A stretch of DNA of 64,000 nt from an uncultured Clostridia bacterium (GTDB lineage Bacteria; Bacillota; Clostridia; TANB77; CAG-508): assembly GCA_944386175.1 (NCBI GenBank), contig CALXAB010000001.1, positions 47,645 through 111,644 of the forward strand, read 5' to 3'. Made by a program: the position numbers and the translations under genes. The notes under the pieces are model-generated. The model did not search any database. It saw only the letters and a program-made list of their open reading frames with translations, and was not told where the DNA came from. Positions 20,346-30,082 of the stretch are shown here, in pieces (positions within the stretch are counted from its first letter, which is position 1; each line of letters starts with the position of its first letter).

Positions 20346-20452
20346 TATGTAAATTGTTGAATTATTTCCTTTTTTATGCTATATTAACTGTATCGTTTCA
20401 AAATCTTCTTTATAAAATTTCTACTCAAAATTATTTCAAAGGAGGTGTATTT

Positions 20453-20791
20453 GTGGATTTAAATCTATTGGAACCTATTATTAATAATCTTGATAAAGCA
20501 ATTCATAAGACTAACTTAAAAGACTCTTTTATAGACGAGTTTATTCATGATTTACAAAGAAGTATTTTAAGGCAAAACCTTGATTATGATTATAGTAAAT
20601 TACCTAAAAATACCATATTTGAAGTCGACTATATTGAAAATGGATTTGCTTCTTGTTTAGATACTGCACAAAAACATTCAGAAAAATATTATATTCCAGA
20701 AGAGTTACTTGATGAAACTGCCAAAAATGCAGATTATATTCAACTTGACGGTAACAAATATACTGCTGTTTCTAATCCATATAAAAATTAG
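20453..20791 (+). CDS. Hypothetical protein of about 112 aa
   Basis: The GTG start lies 7 nt after the aaaggagg RBS. The upstream part of the ORF-track ORF (20261-) runs through the repeat and is not coding. Confidence 0.45.
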   Translation: MDLNLLEPIINNLDKAIHKTNLKDSFIDEFIHDLQRSILRQNLDYDYSKLPKNTIFEVDYIENGFASCLDTAQKHSEKYYIPEELLDETAKNADYIQLDGNKYTAVSNPYKN

Positions 20792-21758
20792 TTTCTGCAT
20801 AAAAATAAGAACATATTTGAAACATGCTCTTATAACTTATCTTATTTGCTCCATCTAAATTTAAATCTTTTCTTTTTTCTATTATAATATTATTTCCATC
20901 ACTCTTTAGCCATATAGTTCCATCATCTTTTGTTATAAATATATTATCTTCTTCTATTCCAATATTTTTTAGTCTTTCTAAAACATTTAAGTTTGGATGA
21001 TTATACCCTTCATTATTTCCAGCAGATATGATTGCATAAGTAGACTTTACTATATTTAAAAATTCACTAGATGTAGCATCTTCTGCTCCATGATGTGCAA
21101 CTTTTAATACATCAATTTTTTCTAAACCTTCTATTTTACTGTCTAAGTTATTTGTTAAATCTCCTGTAAATAAATATTTTGTATTTATATATTCAAGTTC
21201 AATTACTATTGATGTATCATTTAATTTATTTTTGTCAGTTGGATCTGAATTATCAACATTTAAACACTTCCACTTTGCTTTTCCTAAACTATATTCGATG
21301 TCTTGCGATTTCTCTATCTGTTGCTTGTTAATATTATTTTCTTTTATATAGTCTTCTAATTCAGTATAAAATCTTTTTCCTTGATATGTACTATATGGCA
21401 TATACAATGTTTTTACATTTATATTTGTTAATACTTCTTGCATCCCACCAATATGGTCTTCATCTATATGTGTTCCAATTAAATAATCTAATTCAACTAT
21501 TCCCTGTTCTTTCAAAAATTTTGATATATATTCTCCATCAGAGCCATTTCCACAATCTATCAACATATTGACATCATTATTCGTGACTAATATACTTTCA
21601 GCTTGTCCTACATTAAAAAAAATTATATTTAATTCTGAACTATCAATTCCAATATTTCCATATTTATTATTTAAGTTCACTTCTATAAATATTAAGAAGA
21701 TTAATACTAGTATAATTAATAATACTGTTAAAATAGATTTTAAGTTTTTCTTATTCAT
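20772..21758 (-). CDS. Membrane-anchored MBL-fold metallo-hydrolase of the ComEC/Rec2-related family
   Basis: N-terminal TM. HIDEDHIGG metal-binding motif and KVAHHG later in the sequence. 328 aa. Confidence 0.65.
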   Translation of the reverse strand: MNKKNLKSILTVLLIILVLIFLIFIEVNLNNKYGNIGIDSSELNIIFFNVGQAESILVTNNDVNMLIDCGNGSDGEYISKFLKEQGIVELDYLIGTHIDEDHIGGMQEVLTNINVKTLYMPYSTYQGKRFYTELEDYIKENNINKQQIEKSQDIEYSLGKAKWKCLNVDNSDPTDKNKLNDTSIVIELEYINTKYLFTGDLTNNLDSKIEGLEKIDVLKVAHHGAEDATSSEFLNIVKSTYAIISAGNNEGYNHPNLNVLERLKNIGIEEDNIFITKDDGTIWLKSDGNNIIIEKRKDLNLDGANKISYKSMFQICSYFYAETNFYMD

Positions 21759-21767
21759 ACTCTCCTC

Positions 21768-22589
21768 CTATACATTTGCAACTTGTAATGTTTCAAAATA
21801 ATCTAGTACACTTTTAACTACCTCTTCTATTGGTAGTTCTAGCCAATTGTTTTTAGCAGTATTTAAACTCTTCAAATAATTTTTGTTATGTAATATTCTA
21901 TTTAATCTTTTAAATATATCCTCTAAGTTATTTTCTTTCATAGTTTCATCACTAAATATAAAAGTATTAAAACATTTTATCAATTTATTCTTATTTAAAT
22001 TTTCATTATTTATTAAATAATAGAAATCAAATATATCTTTGTATCTTGTAGAGATAAAACCAAATTTTAATAATGATTTCAATTTTTCTGAAAAAATTTG
22101 CTCTTTAGAATTTATTAGTAAAGTAACACTTTCTTTGATATTATTTAGATCAAAACAATATTCTTCTTGTTCAATATCAAAATTTTTATGCACTCCTATA
22201 TCTAATTTTGTTTCAATTTTATTATGTCTTTTATCTTTTAATTCAATATATACTCTTTTTCCATTATAATCTTGATGACTTAATTCTTCAATTGGAGCTA
22301 TAATTTTTATTGTTATATCTGATTCTTCATGATTCAACTTATCTATAAAATTTTCTATGGACTCATTTGATAAAGAATACTTTATAAAATCTAAGTCTAA
22401 ATCTCTTGTAGCTCGACGACTATCTTTAGAAATATTATGCATAACTACTCCACCTTTTATAGTTATATTTCTATTTAAAGAACTTTTGGATATTTTGGCT
22501 AGTATAATATCTTGACATACTTTGGCAGATGCATCTAAATGTTCATATCCATCTTTAATATAGTTATCTCTCATTTCTTTTAAATTCAT
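21768..22589 (-). CDS. AbiEii/DUF1814-like nucleotidyltransferase toxin (divergent second family)
   Basis: 273 aa. KGGVVMH...RATRDLDLD fits the nucleotidyltransferase GG...D.D motif. Overlaps the upstream AbiEi-like gene by 1 nt. Confidence 0.6.
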   Translation of the reverse strand: MNLKEMRDNYIKDGYEHLDASAKVCQDIILAKISKSSLNRNITIKGGVVMHNISKDSRRATRDLDLDFIKYSLSNESIENFIDKLNHEESDITIKIIAPIEELSHQDYNGKRVYIELKDKRHNKIETKLDIGVHKNFDIEQEEYCFDLNNIKESVTLLINSKEQIFSEKLKSLLKFGFISTRYKDIFDFYYLINNENLNKNKLIKCFNTFIFSDETMKENNLEDIFKRLNRILHNKNYLKSLNTAKNNWLELPIEEVVKSVLDYFETLQVANV

Positions 22590-23140
22590 TAAAACACCTC
22601 TCTTTGTAATGATTCATATATGTGTTCTTCATGTGGGAACATTTCTATATATTCTTCAATTTTACTTATATCTAAGCTATTTATAATTTTTCTGTAATTA
22701 GAAATTATTTCTTTGTAATAGTCAAATGCAAGTTGTTTTTTATTTCTGATTAGTTCTATTAACATTCTTTCCTTATCATATATATTTACTGTTACACCTT
22801 CTATATCAATTTGAGCTTTACCAATTTCAAATAATTTTTCTGAAACAAAGACTTGTACAATTTTATCGTCCTTAATTCTTAATGCATTTCTTTTTGTTGC
22901 TAAGTTTAATTTAGTTGGGATAACATCTGTTAAATTATGAAAATAAAATGCACTATCCATTGTAAAAATTGCATTTTTATACTTTTTTGATAATATTTCT
23001 AAATAATTTACATTTTTTGTATCTGAATATATATTTTTTTCAATTTTATATATTTCTTCTCTTTGAATTGCTTTCCTTATTTGATAGTCTGATTTGTATT
23101 TTTCCTTTATTTCTTTATGATTATATATCATTTTTACCAC
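22589..23140 (-). CDS. AbiEi-like antitoxin partner
   Basis: 183 aa, overlaps the toxin-like gene by 1 nt. Similar size and architecture to the other AbiEi copies. Confidence 0.5.
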   Translation of the reverse strand: MVKMIYNHKEIKEKYKSDYQIRKAIQREEIYKIEKNIYSDTKNVNYLEILSKKYKNAIFTMDSAFYFHNLTDVIPTKLNLATKRNALRIKDDKIVQVFVSEKLFEIGKAQIDIEGVTVNIYDKERMLIELIRNKKQLAFDYYKEIISNYRKIINSLDISKIEEYIEMFPHEEHIYESLQREVF

Positions 23141-23203
23141 CCATATGTATTTTAAACTAAAAACTCACACTTGTCAAGTTTGTGTGAGTTTTTAGTTTAA
23201 TTT

Positions 23204-23755
23204 TTATAAATAACTTACTATATCTTCAAATGTATCATGTCCACTTTCACTATTGATATGCCCACCATTTGGTATCAGAACTTGTTCTGTAGCAATTTTA
23301 TTTGCAAAATCGTTTTCTACTTCATATTTTACATATGGATCATTGTCTGAGTAGAAACATATAATTTCATTAGCATATTTTTTTACATTTTCTAAATTAT
23401 CAAAATACATTGTTCTATTTACTGTGTCATATTCTTCATTTATTCCTAAATAATTGTTAAATCCACATACAAATATTAATTTTTTAACTTTTACTTTATT
23501 TTGGGCTAAAAATTTGGATATAAATACTGGTGCAATACTATGCCCTATTATTGTTGTGTTTTCGTTTATTAATCCTAAATCTAAGTAATTTTTCAATAAT
23601 TTGCTCCAATTCTCATAATTTTGAAATCCTACTCCAATTGGAAAGTCTGGTACATATACTTGTTTTCCATCATCTTCTATAAAATCATGTAACCAACCAA
23701 ACCAATTTGAGTATGGGCTTCCAAATGATCCATGTATTATAAAATAATTTTCCAT
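23204..23755 (-). CDS. Alpha/beta-hydrolase of the RBBP9/YdeN (DUF1234) serine-hydrolase family
   Basis: The nucleophile motif IIGHSIA within a 183-aa alpha/beta fold. Confidence 0.6.
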   Translation of the reverse strand: MENYFIIHGSFGSPYSNWFGWLHDFIEDDGKQVYVPDFPIGVGFQNYENWSKLLKNYLDLGLINENTTIIGHSIAPVFISKFLAQNKVKVKKLIFVCGFNNYLGINEEYDTVNRTMYFDNLENVKKYANEIICFYSDNDPYVKYEVENDFANKIATEQVLIPNGGHINSESGHDTFEDIVSYL

Positions 23756-23768
23756 TTACTTTTCCTCC

Positions 23769-24008
23769 TTAATATGTTGCATCTTGTATTCTATATTCTG
23801 TATAGTCAACAAGTTCAACCAATTCATCTAATATTTTTTCTTTTAATTCGTTGTAATCTTTTTTATTGATGTACGAATCTTCTCTTTCAAACTCATTTTC
23901 TGCTGGGTTTATATTATTAATTTTTATATCATTATTGCATAGCAATTGTTCTACTTCATATAAAATTTCTTCTGCTATTTCTTCACACCATGAATTACTA
24001 ACTAGCAT
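23769..24008 (-). CDS. Hypothetical acidic protein of 79 aa
   Basis: The ORF overlaps the upstream 135-aa ORF by 11 nt, suggesting a co-transcribed pair. Confidence 0.35.
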   Translation of the reverse strand: MLVSNSWCEEIAEEILYEVEQLLCNNDIKINNINPAENEFEREDSYINKKDYNELKEKILDELVELVDYTEYRIQDATY

Positions 24009-24405
24009 TTTTTAATACCTCCACATCATAACAATATTTTTTTAAAATTTTTAAATCTAGTTCTATTACAGGTAACAAAATTAATTTAACAGCAATTCTT
24101 TTAACTATTTTCTTCATAATACCTAGTTCCAACAAAACACTTATTAAGTTTGTATTTGAATAGCTGTCTATTACAACTTGATTTTCTGGTAAATCTTCTT
24201 CTACATCAACTGTTACATTTGAAATTTGTGATAAGTTTGTATCATCTTCTATATAACCATATATACATAAACTCATTTTTCCTTTTCTGTATTCTCCTTT
24301 ATCAAAAAAACAGTTTTTGTATTTTACGCAATTTGATTCATAGTTAAATGTTTTCAAATAACTCCCTCCTTTTTTATAAATTTTTATTATTGTATTCAAA
24401 AACAA
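23998..24405 (-). CDS. Hypothetical protein of 135 aa
   Basis: ORF preceded by a ggagggag RBS. No recognisable domain. Confidence 0.35.
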   Translation of the reverse strand: MFLNTIIKIYKKGGSYLKTFNYESNCVKYKNCFFDKGEYRKGKMSLCIYGYIEDDTNLSQISNVTVDVEEDLPENQVVIDSYSNTNLISVLLELGIMKKIVKRIAVKLILLPVIELDLKILKKYCYDVEVLKNAS

Positions 24406-24765
24406 TAAACTACCCTCCTTTCTTTTTAAAACAAAAAAATAACAAGTTAGATTTCTCTTTCCTGTTATTTTATCTTGTTATATTTACTTTTAAGCACAAT
24501 TCCCCTATAGCCATGTTAAAACTATAAGAGACATTTTATAAAGTGCCACTTACTTTACCTTTGCTTGTAAGCAAAGGTATGCTGATAAATCAGCTTACCC
24601 TATTACTAGGTGTTACTTCATCAGTAACTATTTTTGAATACACATATATTATAATACATAATTTTTTTTTGTACAATATATACATATAATTTTTTTAATT
24701 GCTTACATATCAACTATTTAAAGTCTTTTTTATATCCACAATATTTTGAAGTAAACTTTTTATAA

Positions 24766-25515
24766 CTATTTCTTAATCAATTTTTTACTATAAAATTCAT
24801 AGTACTTATCATCTATGTTTTGGATCTTTTCTATCAATTTATTATATTTTTTTCTTCTTACTCCTATTTTTAAAGGTTTAACTATTTTCAATTCCTCTTT
24901 ATCCATACCATCAGATTTATAAAATCTCAATATTTCATACCTTATTGTGTCAAATTCACTTTGTGTATATATTTTATTCTTTTCTATTTCTATCCCTAAT
25001 TTTTTTAATATTTTTAATTCTTTACTATTTAACTCATCATATAAACTTATAATTTTTTTATTAGTGTATTCTTCATACCATTCTTCATATTCCATACTTA
25101 TCTCTCCTTTAATTACTTTATCATTTTTAAGTAGTTTCTCTATTTTTCTTATCTCTTCTATTATTATTGTATCATCATAATACGGTTTTTCTATATATCC
25201 TCCTATTTTTAATTTTTCATCTTTTTTAATAATATAATCTTTTTTGTCTGATGAAATAATCAAAAAATATGGTGAATATTGATTTTTACTATATTTTTTA
25301 ATTATGTCTAATCCTGTATATTTATAGTTTTTTCTCATTAAATCTGTAATAACTATGTCTGGTTTTAGAGTATCAATCATTATAACTTCATCATAATCAT
25401 TATTAGCAAGTCCTACTATCTCTATTTCTTCAAATTTACCTAAATATTTAGCAATTTGGTTACATATTGTTGAGTTATCATCTGCAATCAATACTTTTAT
25501 TGTATCATTTTCCAT
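24766..25515 (-). CDS. Orphan response-regulator receiver-domain protein with an atypical C-terminal half
   Basis: KVLIADDN...DIVITDL receiver signature. No recognisable output domain. No histidine kinase adjacent. Confidence 0.55.
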   Translation of the reverse strand: MENDTIKVLIADDNSTICNQIAKYLGKFEEIEIVGLANNDYDEVIMIDTLKPDIVITDLMRKNYKYTGLDIIKKYSKNQYSPYFLIISSDKKDYIIKKDEKLKIGGYIEKPYYDDTIIIEEIRKIEKLLKNDKVIKGEISMEYEEWYEEYTNKKIISLYDELNSKELKILKKLGIEIEKNKIYTQSEFDTIRYEILRFYKSDGMDKEELKIVKPLKIGVRRKKYNKLIEKIQNIDDKYYEFYSKKLIKK

Positions 25516-25626
25516 ACTTTCTCCTTTCTCGTATAAATTTTAATTTAACATTTTTATATAGACCATGAATATGGTCTATATTTATGAAAAAAATTGCTAT
25601 ATTATAAAAAGAAAGGATTTACAAAT

Positions 25627-25884
25627 ATGTTATTAAATGATGCAATTAAAATACGAATAGAATATTTTTTAAATAGAAATGGATTATCTTCATTATGGGA
25701 TTTATATAAAGTATCTGGTGTACCTAAATCAACTATTAATTCATTGTTTTCTTCACAGACAAATTCTCTCCCACGTCTTTCAACATTACTGCATTTATGT
25801 GAAGGTTTAAATACAAACTTGAAAGAGTTTTTTAATGATGATATATTTCTTGATGTTGAAGATTATACAGAAGATAAAAAATAG
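25627..25884 (+). CDS. XRE-family HTH transcriptional regulator
   Basis: The HTH is LYKVSGVPKSTINSLF. Start chosen at MLLNDAIKIR. Confidence 0.5.
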   Translation: MLLNDAIKIRIEYFLNRNGLSSLWDLYKVSGVPKSTINSLFSSQTNSLPRLSTLLHLCEGLNTNLKEFFNDDIFLDVEDYTEDKK

Positions 25885-26064
25885 TTTTCTGTATTGTCTT
25901 TTTTTTGTAAAATTTCTTTATTTTATATTTTTATAGCACTTTTTATTTTATTCGAATTTTATCATTTTTTTATCAATACTTATATTGTATTTTTGCCATA
26001 ATATCAATATAAGTTTGTTCTGTTTGACTTAAAATTCCTATATTATTGATAAAAAAGGAGATTT

Positions 26065-26424
26065 TTGATGAAAAAAAATGACAACTTAAAATTTATTGGA
26101 AATAATATTCAACTTGCAAGGCTAAAAAGAGGCTTAACTCAAGAGACTTTAGCAGAAAAGTGTGATGTTTCTACTAATTATATTAGCTCTTTAGAACGTG
26201 GTCTTACTTCTGGTAGTATTCCTCTTATAATAAGCATTTGTAATGTTTTACAAGTTACTCCAAATTATTTATTTAATTATTCATCTAATACTGAAAATTT
26301 TAATGATAATGTTGATATAATTAATCCTGAAATACTTATTTGTTATTCTAAATTAAAGGATGAAAATAAAATATTTGTAAATCAAACAATACGCCATCTA
26401 TATGGTATGCAAAAAAAGAGATAA
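26065..26424 (+). CDS. XRE-family HTH transcriptional regulator
   Basis: LTQETLAEKCDVSTNYISSLERG is a canonical Cro/C1-type HTH. Confidence 0.7.
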   Translation: MMKKNDNLKFIGNNIQLARLKRGLTQETLAEKCDVSTNYISSLERGLTSGSIPLIISICNVLQVTPNYLFNYSSNTENFNDNVDIINPEILICYSKLKDENKIFVNQTIRHLYGMQKKR

Positions 26425-26488
26425 ATAAAATAAAGAGGGAGTAGTATATATTTGTTAAATCAACATTTATATCTACTCCCCTTTCAAC

Positions 26489-27163
26489 TTAGTCTTTCGG
26501 GTCTTTAATAACAATTCTAAAAGAGATGTCTGGACTTTCTCTTTCTGGGTCTGCCCATGTTCTGAAAATAGGAGAATGTTTTTCACCTGTGTTAAAGCAT
26601 GAGCCATGTCCTCCCCTAATAATTCTATGATGGTCATACAGTTCAGATTTTTCTGTTGTCCATGTATATGCATTTCCCCAGAAACAATCTAAACGGTTAC
26701 GCATCCAATTAGGATTTGAGCCTGTTTTCTTTAAAATAAATGGATTGGTATAATTCCCAATATCATCATTTCCTTTAATAAAAACTTCCTCAAAAGTTGC
26801 TGCACCTGTTTGTACTAACCACATAGCAATTCGGTTATATTCTTCGTTTCCTATTACAGTTCCATCCATCTTTTTTGCTAATTCCATTGCATCAGGAAAT
26901 TTAATATTTACACATGGATATTTTCCTGCAATTGAATATGGATTTCCTTTGTTGTCTATAGATATCTCATATCTTGAAATCCAAAAACCTCTTACATATA
27001 ACCCATCTGCTGTGTACCCTGATGGAATTCTTAAAAGATGATTTCCATTATCATCTTCTATTACATATCCATCATTAATAGTTCCTTCTTTGAAGTGATA
27101 TTTCTCTAAAACATCTACTTCAATCCGATCACCATCACAATACTCTACAAATCTTTCTCTCAT
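26489..27163 (-). CDS. Formylglycine-generating-enzyme (SUMF1/EgtB/PvdO) family protein
   Basis: FGE-sulfatase-like C-type-lectin fold, with motifs including RGGHGSCFN...RTW and WGNAYTWT. 224 aa. Confidence 0.55.
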   Translation of the reverse strand: MRERFVEYCDGDRIEVDVLEKYHFKEGTINDGYVIEDDNGNHLLRIPSGYTADGLYVRGFWISRYEISIDNKGNPYSIAGKYPCVNIKFPDAMELAKKMDGTVIGNEEYNRIAMWLVQTGAATFEEVFIKGNDDIGNYTNPFILKKTGSNPNWMRNRLDCFWGNAYTWTTEKSELYDHHRIIRGGHGSCFNTGEKHSPIFRTWADPERESPDISFRIVIKDPKD

Positions 27164-27291
27164 GTTAATGACCTCCTATATAAAGACTTGTTAATAAGAT
27201 ACCAATTAGCTTTTGCTAATTGGTATTATTATATATTATGGTATTGATTTTGTCAACATAATTAAATTTTAATCAATTTATACTTTTAAAA

Positions 27292-27975
27292 TTACTTTCC
27301 AAAAATTCTACTTGCTTCTACTTGATTATATAATGCTTCTTCATTATCATAATAGAAAGCCCATTCTTTATCTCCATATGAAAAGTGCCACCACTCACCA
27401 TCATATGGAGCAAATCCTTCTTTCATCATAATTTTTCTTAATAATTTCCTATTATTTTTTGCTTCCTCTGATATATTTTCAGTTTCATAATAGCATTGTA
27501 TAGTACTATAATCTAATATATCTGAACCAAAATCTAATATTTTATTTTCAACATCATCATATATAGCTGCATCAACTGCTCCACCTGTCGGATGTCCTGA
27601 AACAACTGGTACAGCAATTTTCTCATGTATGTATTCATACATCTCTATTTCATCTTCAAATTTATCCTTTACTTCTTCTAGGATTTCATTAAAATATTTC
27701 TCTTGTTTTTTCATATCTCTAAAACCATATACTACTATTATTTTATAATTTTCATTTACTTCTTTTAACTTTTTTGCAACATTTATAAGTTTTTTATAAA
27801 CAGTTTTTCTTACAGCTATTTGATGTCCATATTCCAACATATTTCTTCTTTCTTGATATTTTCCAATCACTAGGTCATCTTCTAATGGAAGTAGTACAAA
27901 TTCTTCTTTGTCTGTTTCTTCATTAAAGTTCTCAATAGTTATCAAATCTTCATATCTTACAAAATTATTTGCCAT
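27292..27975 (-). CDS. D-alanyl-D-alanine dipeptidase (VanX/DdpX, peptidase M15D)
   Basis: SGHPTGGAVD and EWWHF match the VanX zinc-binding and catalytic motifs. 227 aa. Confidence 0.8.
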   Translation of the reverse strand: MANNFVRYEDLITIENFNEETDKEEFVLLPLEDDLVIGKYQERRNMLEYGHQIAVRKTVYKKLINVAKKLKEVNENYKIIVVYGFRDMKKQEKYFNEILEEVKDKFEDEIEMYEYIHEKIAVPVVSGHPTGGAVDAAIYDDVENKILDFGSDILDYSTIQCYYETENISEEAKNNRKLLRKIMMKEGFAPYDGEWWHFSYGDKEWAFYYDNEEALYNQVEASRIFGK

Positions 27976-27997
27976 TTGTATATTTGTCCTTTCTTTC

Positions 27998-29317
27998 CTA
28001 TTTTTTATTTTTTTGTAGTATTTTTATAGTTTCATCTAGCGTTATAGTATTTTGTTCCCCTGAATTCATATCTTTTAATGTTATTACATTATTTTTTATT
28101 TCTTCATCTCCTATAATTATTACATAATTTGCATTAATATTATTAGCATACTTGAATTTTTTTCCTATCTTTTGTTGTTCAATATTAATTTGTACATTTA
28201 TACCCTTTTCTCTTAGTTTTGCAGCTACTTTTGCACACATTTCACAGTCATCTGTCATTGAAATTATTAATACTTCTGCAATTGTTTCTTCAGTTGCTGA
28301 AATTATTTTATTATCTATTAGTTGAAAAAATAGCCTTGATAATCCTATTGAAATCCCTACTCCTGGCATTTTTCTATCAGTATAAAATTCTGTTAAATTG
28401 TCATATCTTCCTCCTGAACATATACTTCCTAAGTTTTTATATTGATTTAAAAATGTTTCATAAACTGTTCCTGTATAATAATCTAACCCTCTAGCAATAC
28501 TCAAATCAATTTTATAATTCTCTTCTGGAACTCCAAATATTTCAATAAATTTAGAAACTTCTTTTATTTCTTTTATACCTTCATTAAATATTTCATTATT
28601 AATTTGCATATTTTCTAATTCTTTTATTTTTTCTTCATTGTTTCCTCCTATACCCAAAAATTTAATTATAACATTAGCTTTTTTTTCTGGCATAAGTACT
28701 AATAATTCTTTTTTTACTTCTTCTTTTCCTATTTTTTCTATTTTATCAATTATTCTTAATATTTCAGATGATATATCTTCAAGTTTTAAACTTGAAAAAA
28801 GTCCATTTAATATTTTTCGATTATTTATACATATTGTAAAATCATCAAATCCTAACTTTTTAAAGGTATTATATATAATAGATGGAATTTCTGCATCATT
28901 TATTATTGACAATTCACCATCTCCAATAATATCAACATCACATTGATAAAATTCTCTATATCTTCCTCTTTGAGGTTTCTCACCACGATATACTTTTCCT
29001 ATTTGGTATCTTTTAAATGGAAAACTTAATTTATCATAGTATTCAGTTACATATTTAGCTAATGGTACTGTTAAATCAAACCTCAAAGCTAAATCTGTAT
29101 CTCCTTTTTCAAATCTATAAATTTGTTTTTCCGTTTCTCCTCCAGCTTTGGCCAGTAAAACATTTGCATCTTCTATTATTGGTGTATCTAATGGTACAAA
29201 ACCATATTGTTCGTAAGATTCTTGTATTATCGCTCTCATTTTATTAAATAATATTTGTTCATTAGGTAATAATTCCATAAATCCTGGTAAAGTTTTTGGT
29301 TGTATTTTCCCTTTCAT
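27998..29317 (-). CDS. hisS: Histidyl-tRNA synthetase, second copy in the window
   Basis: 439-aa class II aaRS. Motif 1 region ...GFVPLDTPIIE, the HisRS histidine-binding region GGRYD and a C-terminal anticodon-binding domain. Confidence 0.85.
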   Translation of the reverse strand: MKGKIQPKTLPGFMELLPNEQILFNKMRAIIQESYEQYGFVPLDTPIIEDANVLLAKAGGETEKQIYRFEKGDTDLALRFDLTVPLAKYVTEYYDKLSFPFKRYQIGKVYRGEKPQRGRYREFYQCDVDIIGDGELSIINDAEIPSIIYNTFKKLGFDDFTICINNRKILNGLFSSLKLEDISSEILRIIDKIEKIGKEEVKKELLVLMPEKKANVIIKFLGIGGNNEEKIKELENMQINNEIFNEGIKEIKEVSKFIEIFGVPEENYKIDLSIARGLDYYTGTVYETFLNQYKNLGSICSGGRYDNLTEFYTDRKMPGVGISIGLSRLFFQLIDNKIISATEETIAEVLIISMTDDCEMCAKVAAKLREKGINVQINIEQQKIGKKFKYANNINANYVIIIGDEEIKNNVITLKDMNSGEQNTITLDETIKILQKNKK

Positions 29318-29329
29318 TCTAACTCCTCC

Positions 29330-29980
29330 TTAATAATCTCCTTTAATATTTTTTTTCTTTTTATTTCCTTGTTTTTTATGTCTTTCAATTAATTTATCTT
29401 CTATTTCTTGTATTGAAACATTAGATTTAAACATTAATACTAGTGTATGATATATTAAATCAGAAATTTCTCCTATCAATTCTTTTTTATCTATGTTTTT
29501 CGCAGCTATTACTGTTTCAGTTGCTTCTTCACCAACTTTTTTGCATATTTTATCTATTCCTTCATCTAATAAATAATTAGTATATGAATTTTCCTTTGGA
29601 TTAATATTTCTATCAATTATCTGATTATAAATATCCTGTAAGATATTTGTATCATCATTATTTTCATAAGAAACTATTTCCTTAAAAAAGCATGAATAGT
29701 TACCAGTATGACATGCTCCTTTTCCTTCCTGCTTTACATAAATCAACAATGTGTCGTTGTCACAATCTAAATACATGCCTTTTATTTCTTGAATATTTCC
29801 TGATGTTTCTCCTTTATGCCATAATTCTTTTCTACTTCTTGAATAAAAACATGTTTGTTTGTTTTCTATCATATATTTATAACTATCTTCGTTTACATAT
29901 GCTAACATCAATACTTCTTTTGTTTTATAATCTTGTACTATTGCTGGAATTAACTCCATCTTTTTAAAATCTGGCTTCAA
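29330..29980 (-). CDS. hisI: Bifunctional phosphoribosyl-AMP cyclohydrolase / phosphoribosyl-ATP pyrophosphatase (HisIE)
   Basis: HisI N-terminal domain ([27 protein letters not shown]...C...C zinc ligands) plus a HisE C-terminal domain. Confidence 0.85.
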   Translation of the reverse strand: MKPDFKKMELIPAIVQDYKTKEVLMLAYVNEDSYKYMIENKQTCFYSRSRKELWHKGETSGNIQEIKGMYLDCDNDTLLIYVKQEGKGACHTGNYSCFFKEIVSYENNDDTNILQDIYNQIIDRNINPKENSYTNYLLDEGIDKICKKVGEEATETVIAAKNIDKKELIGEISDLIYHTLVLMFKSNVSIQEIEDKLIERHKKQGNKKKKNIKGDY

Positions 29981-30082
29981 TATTCTTCAACTCCTAAAAT
30001 ATTTATATTACTTATATATTGTTATTTTTATTGTGGGGAAAATAATACAATTATTTTCCCCTTTGATTAAACACTTTAAATC

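Noticed and set aside
20261-20452. N-terminal extension of the ORF 20261-20791
   Set aside because: It runs through the palindrome-repeat remnant. The real start is the GTG at 20453, which is preceded by an aaaggagg RBS.
26473-26673. 66-aa minus-strand ORF
   Set aside because: It overlaps the 3' end of the FGE-like gene in another frame and has no independent support.
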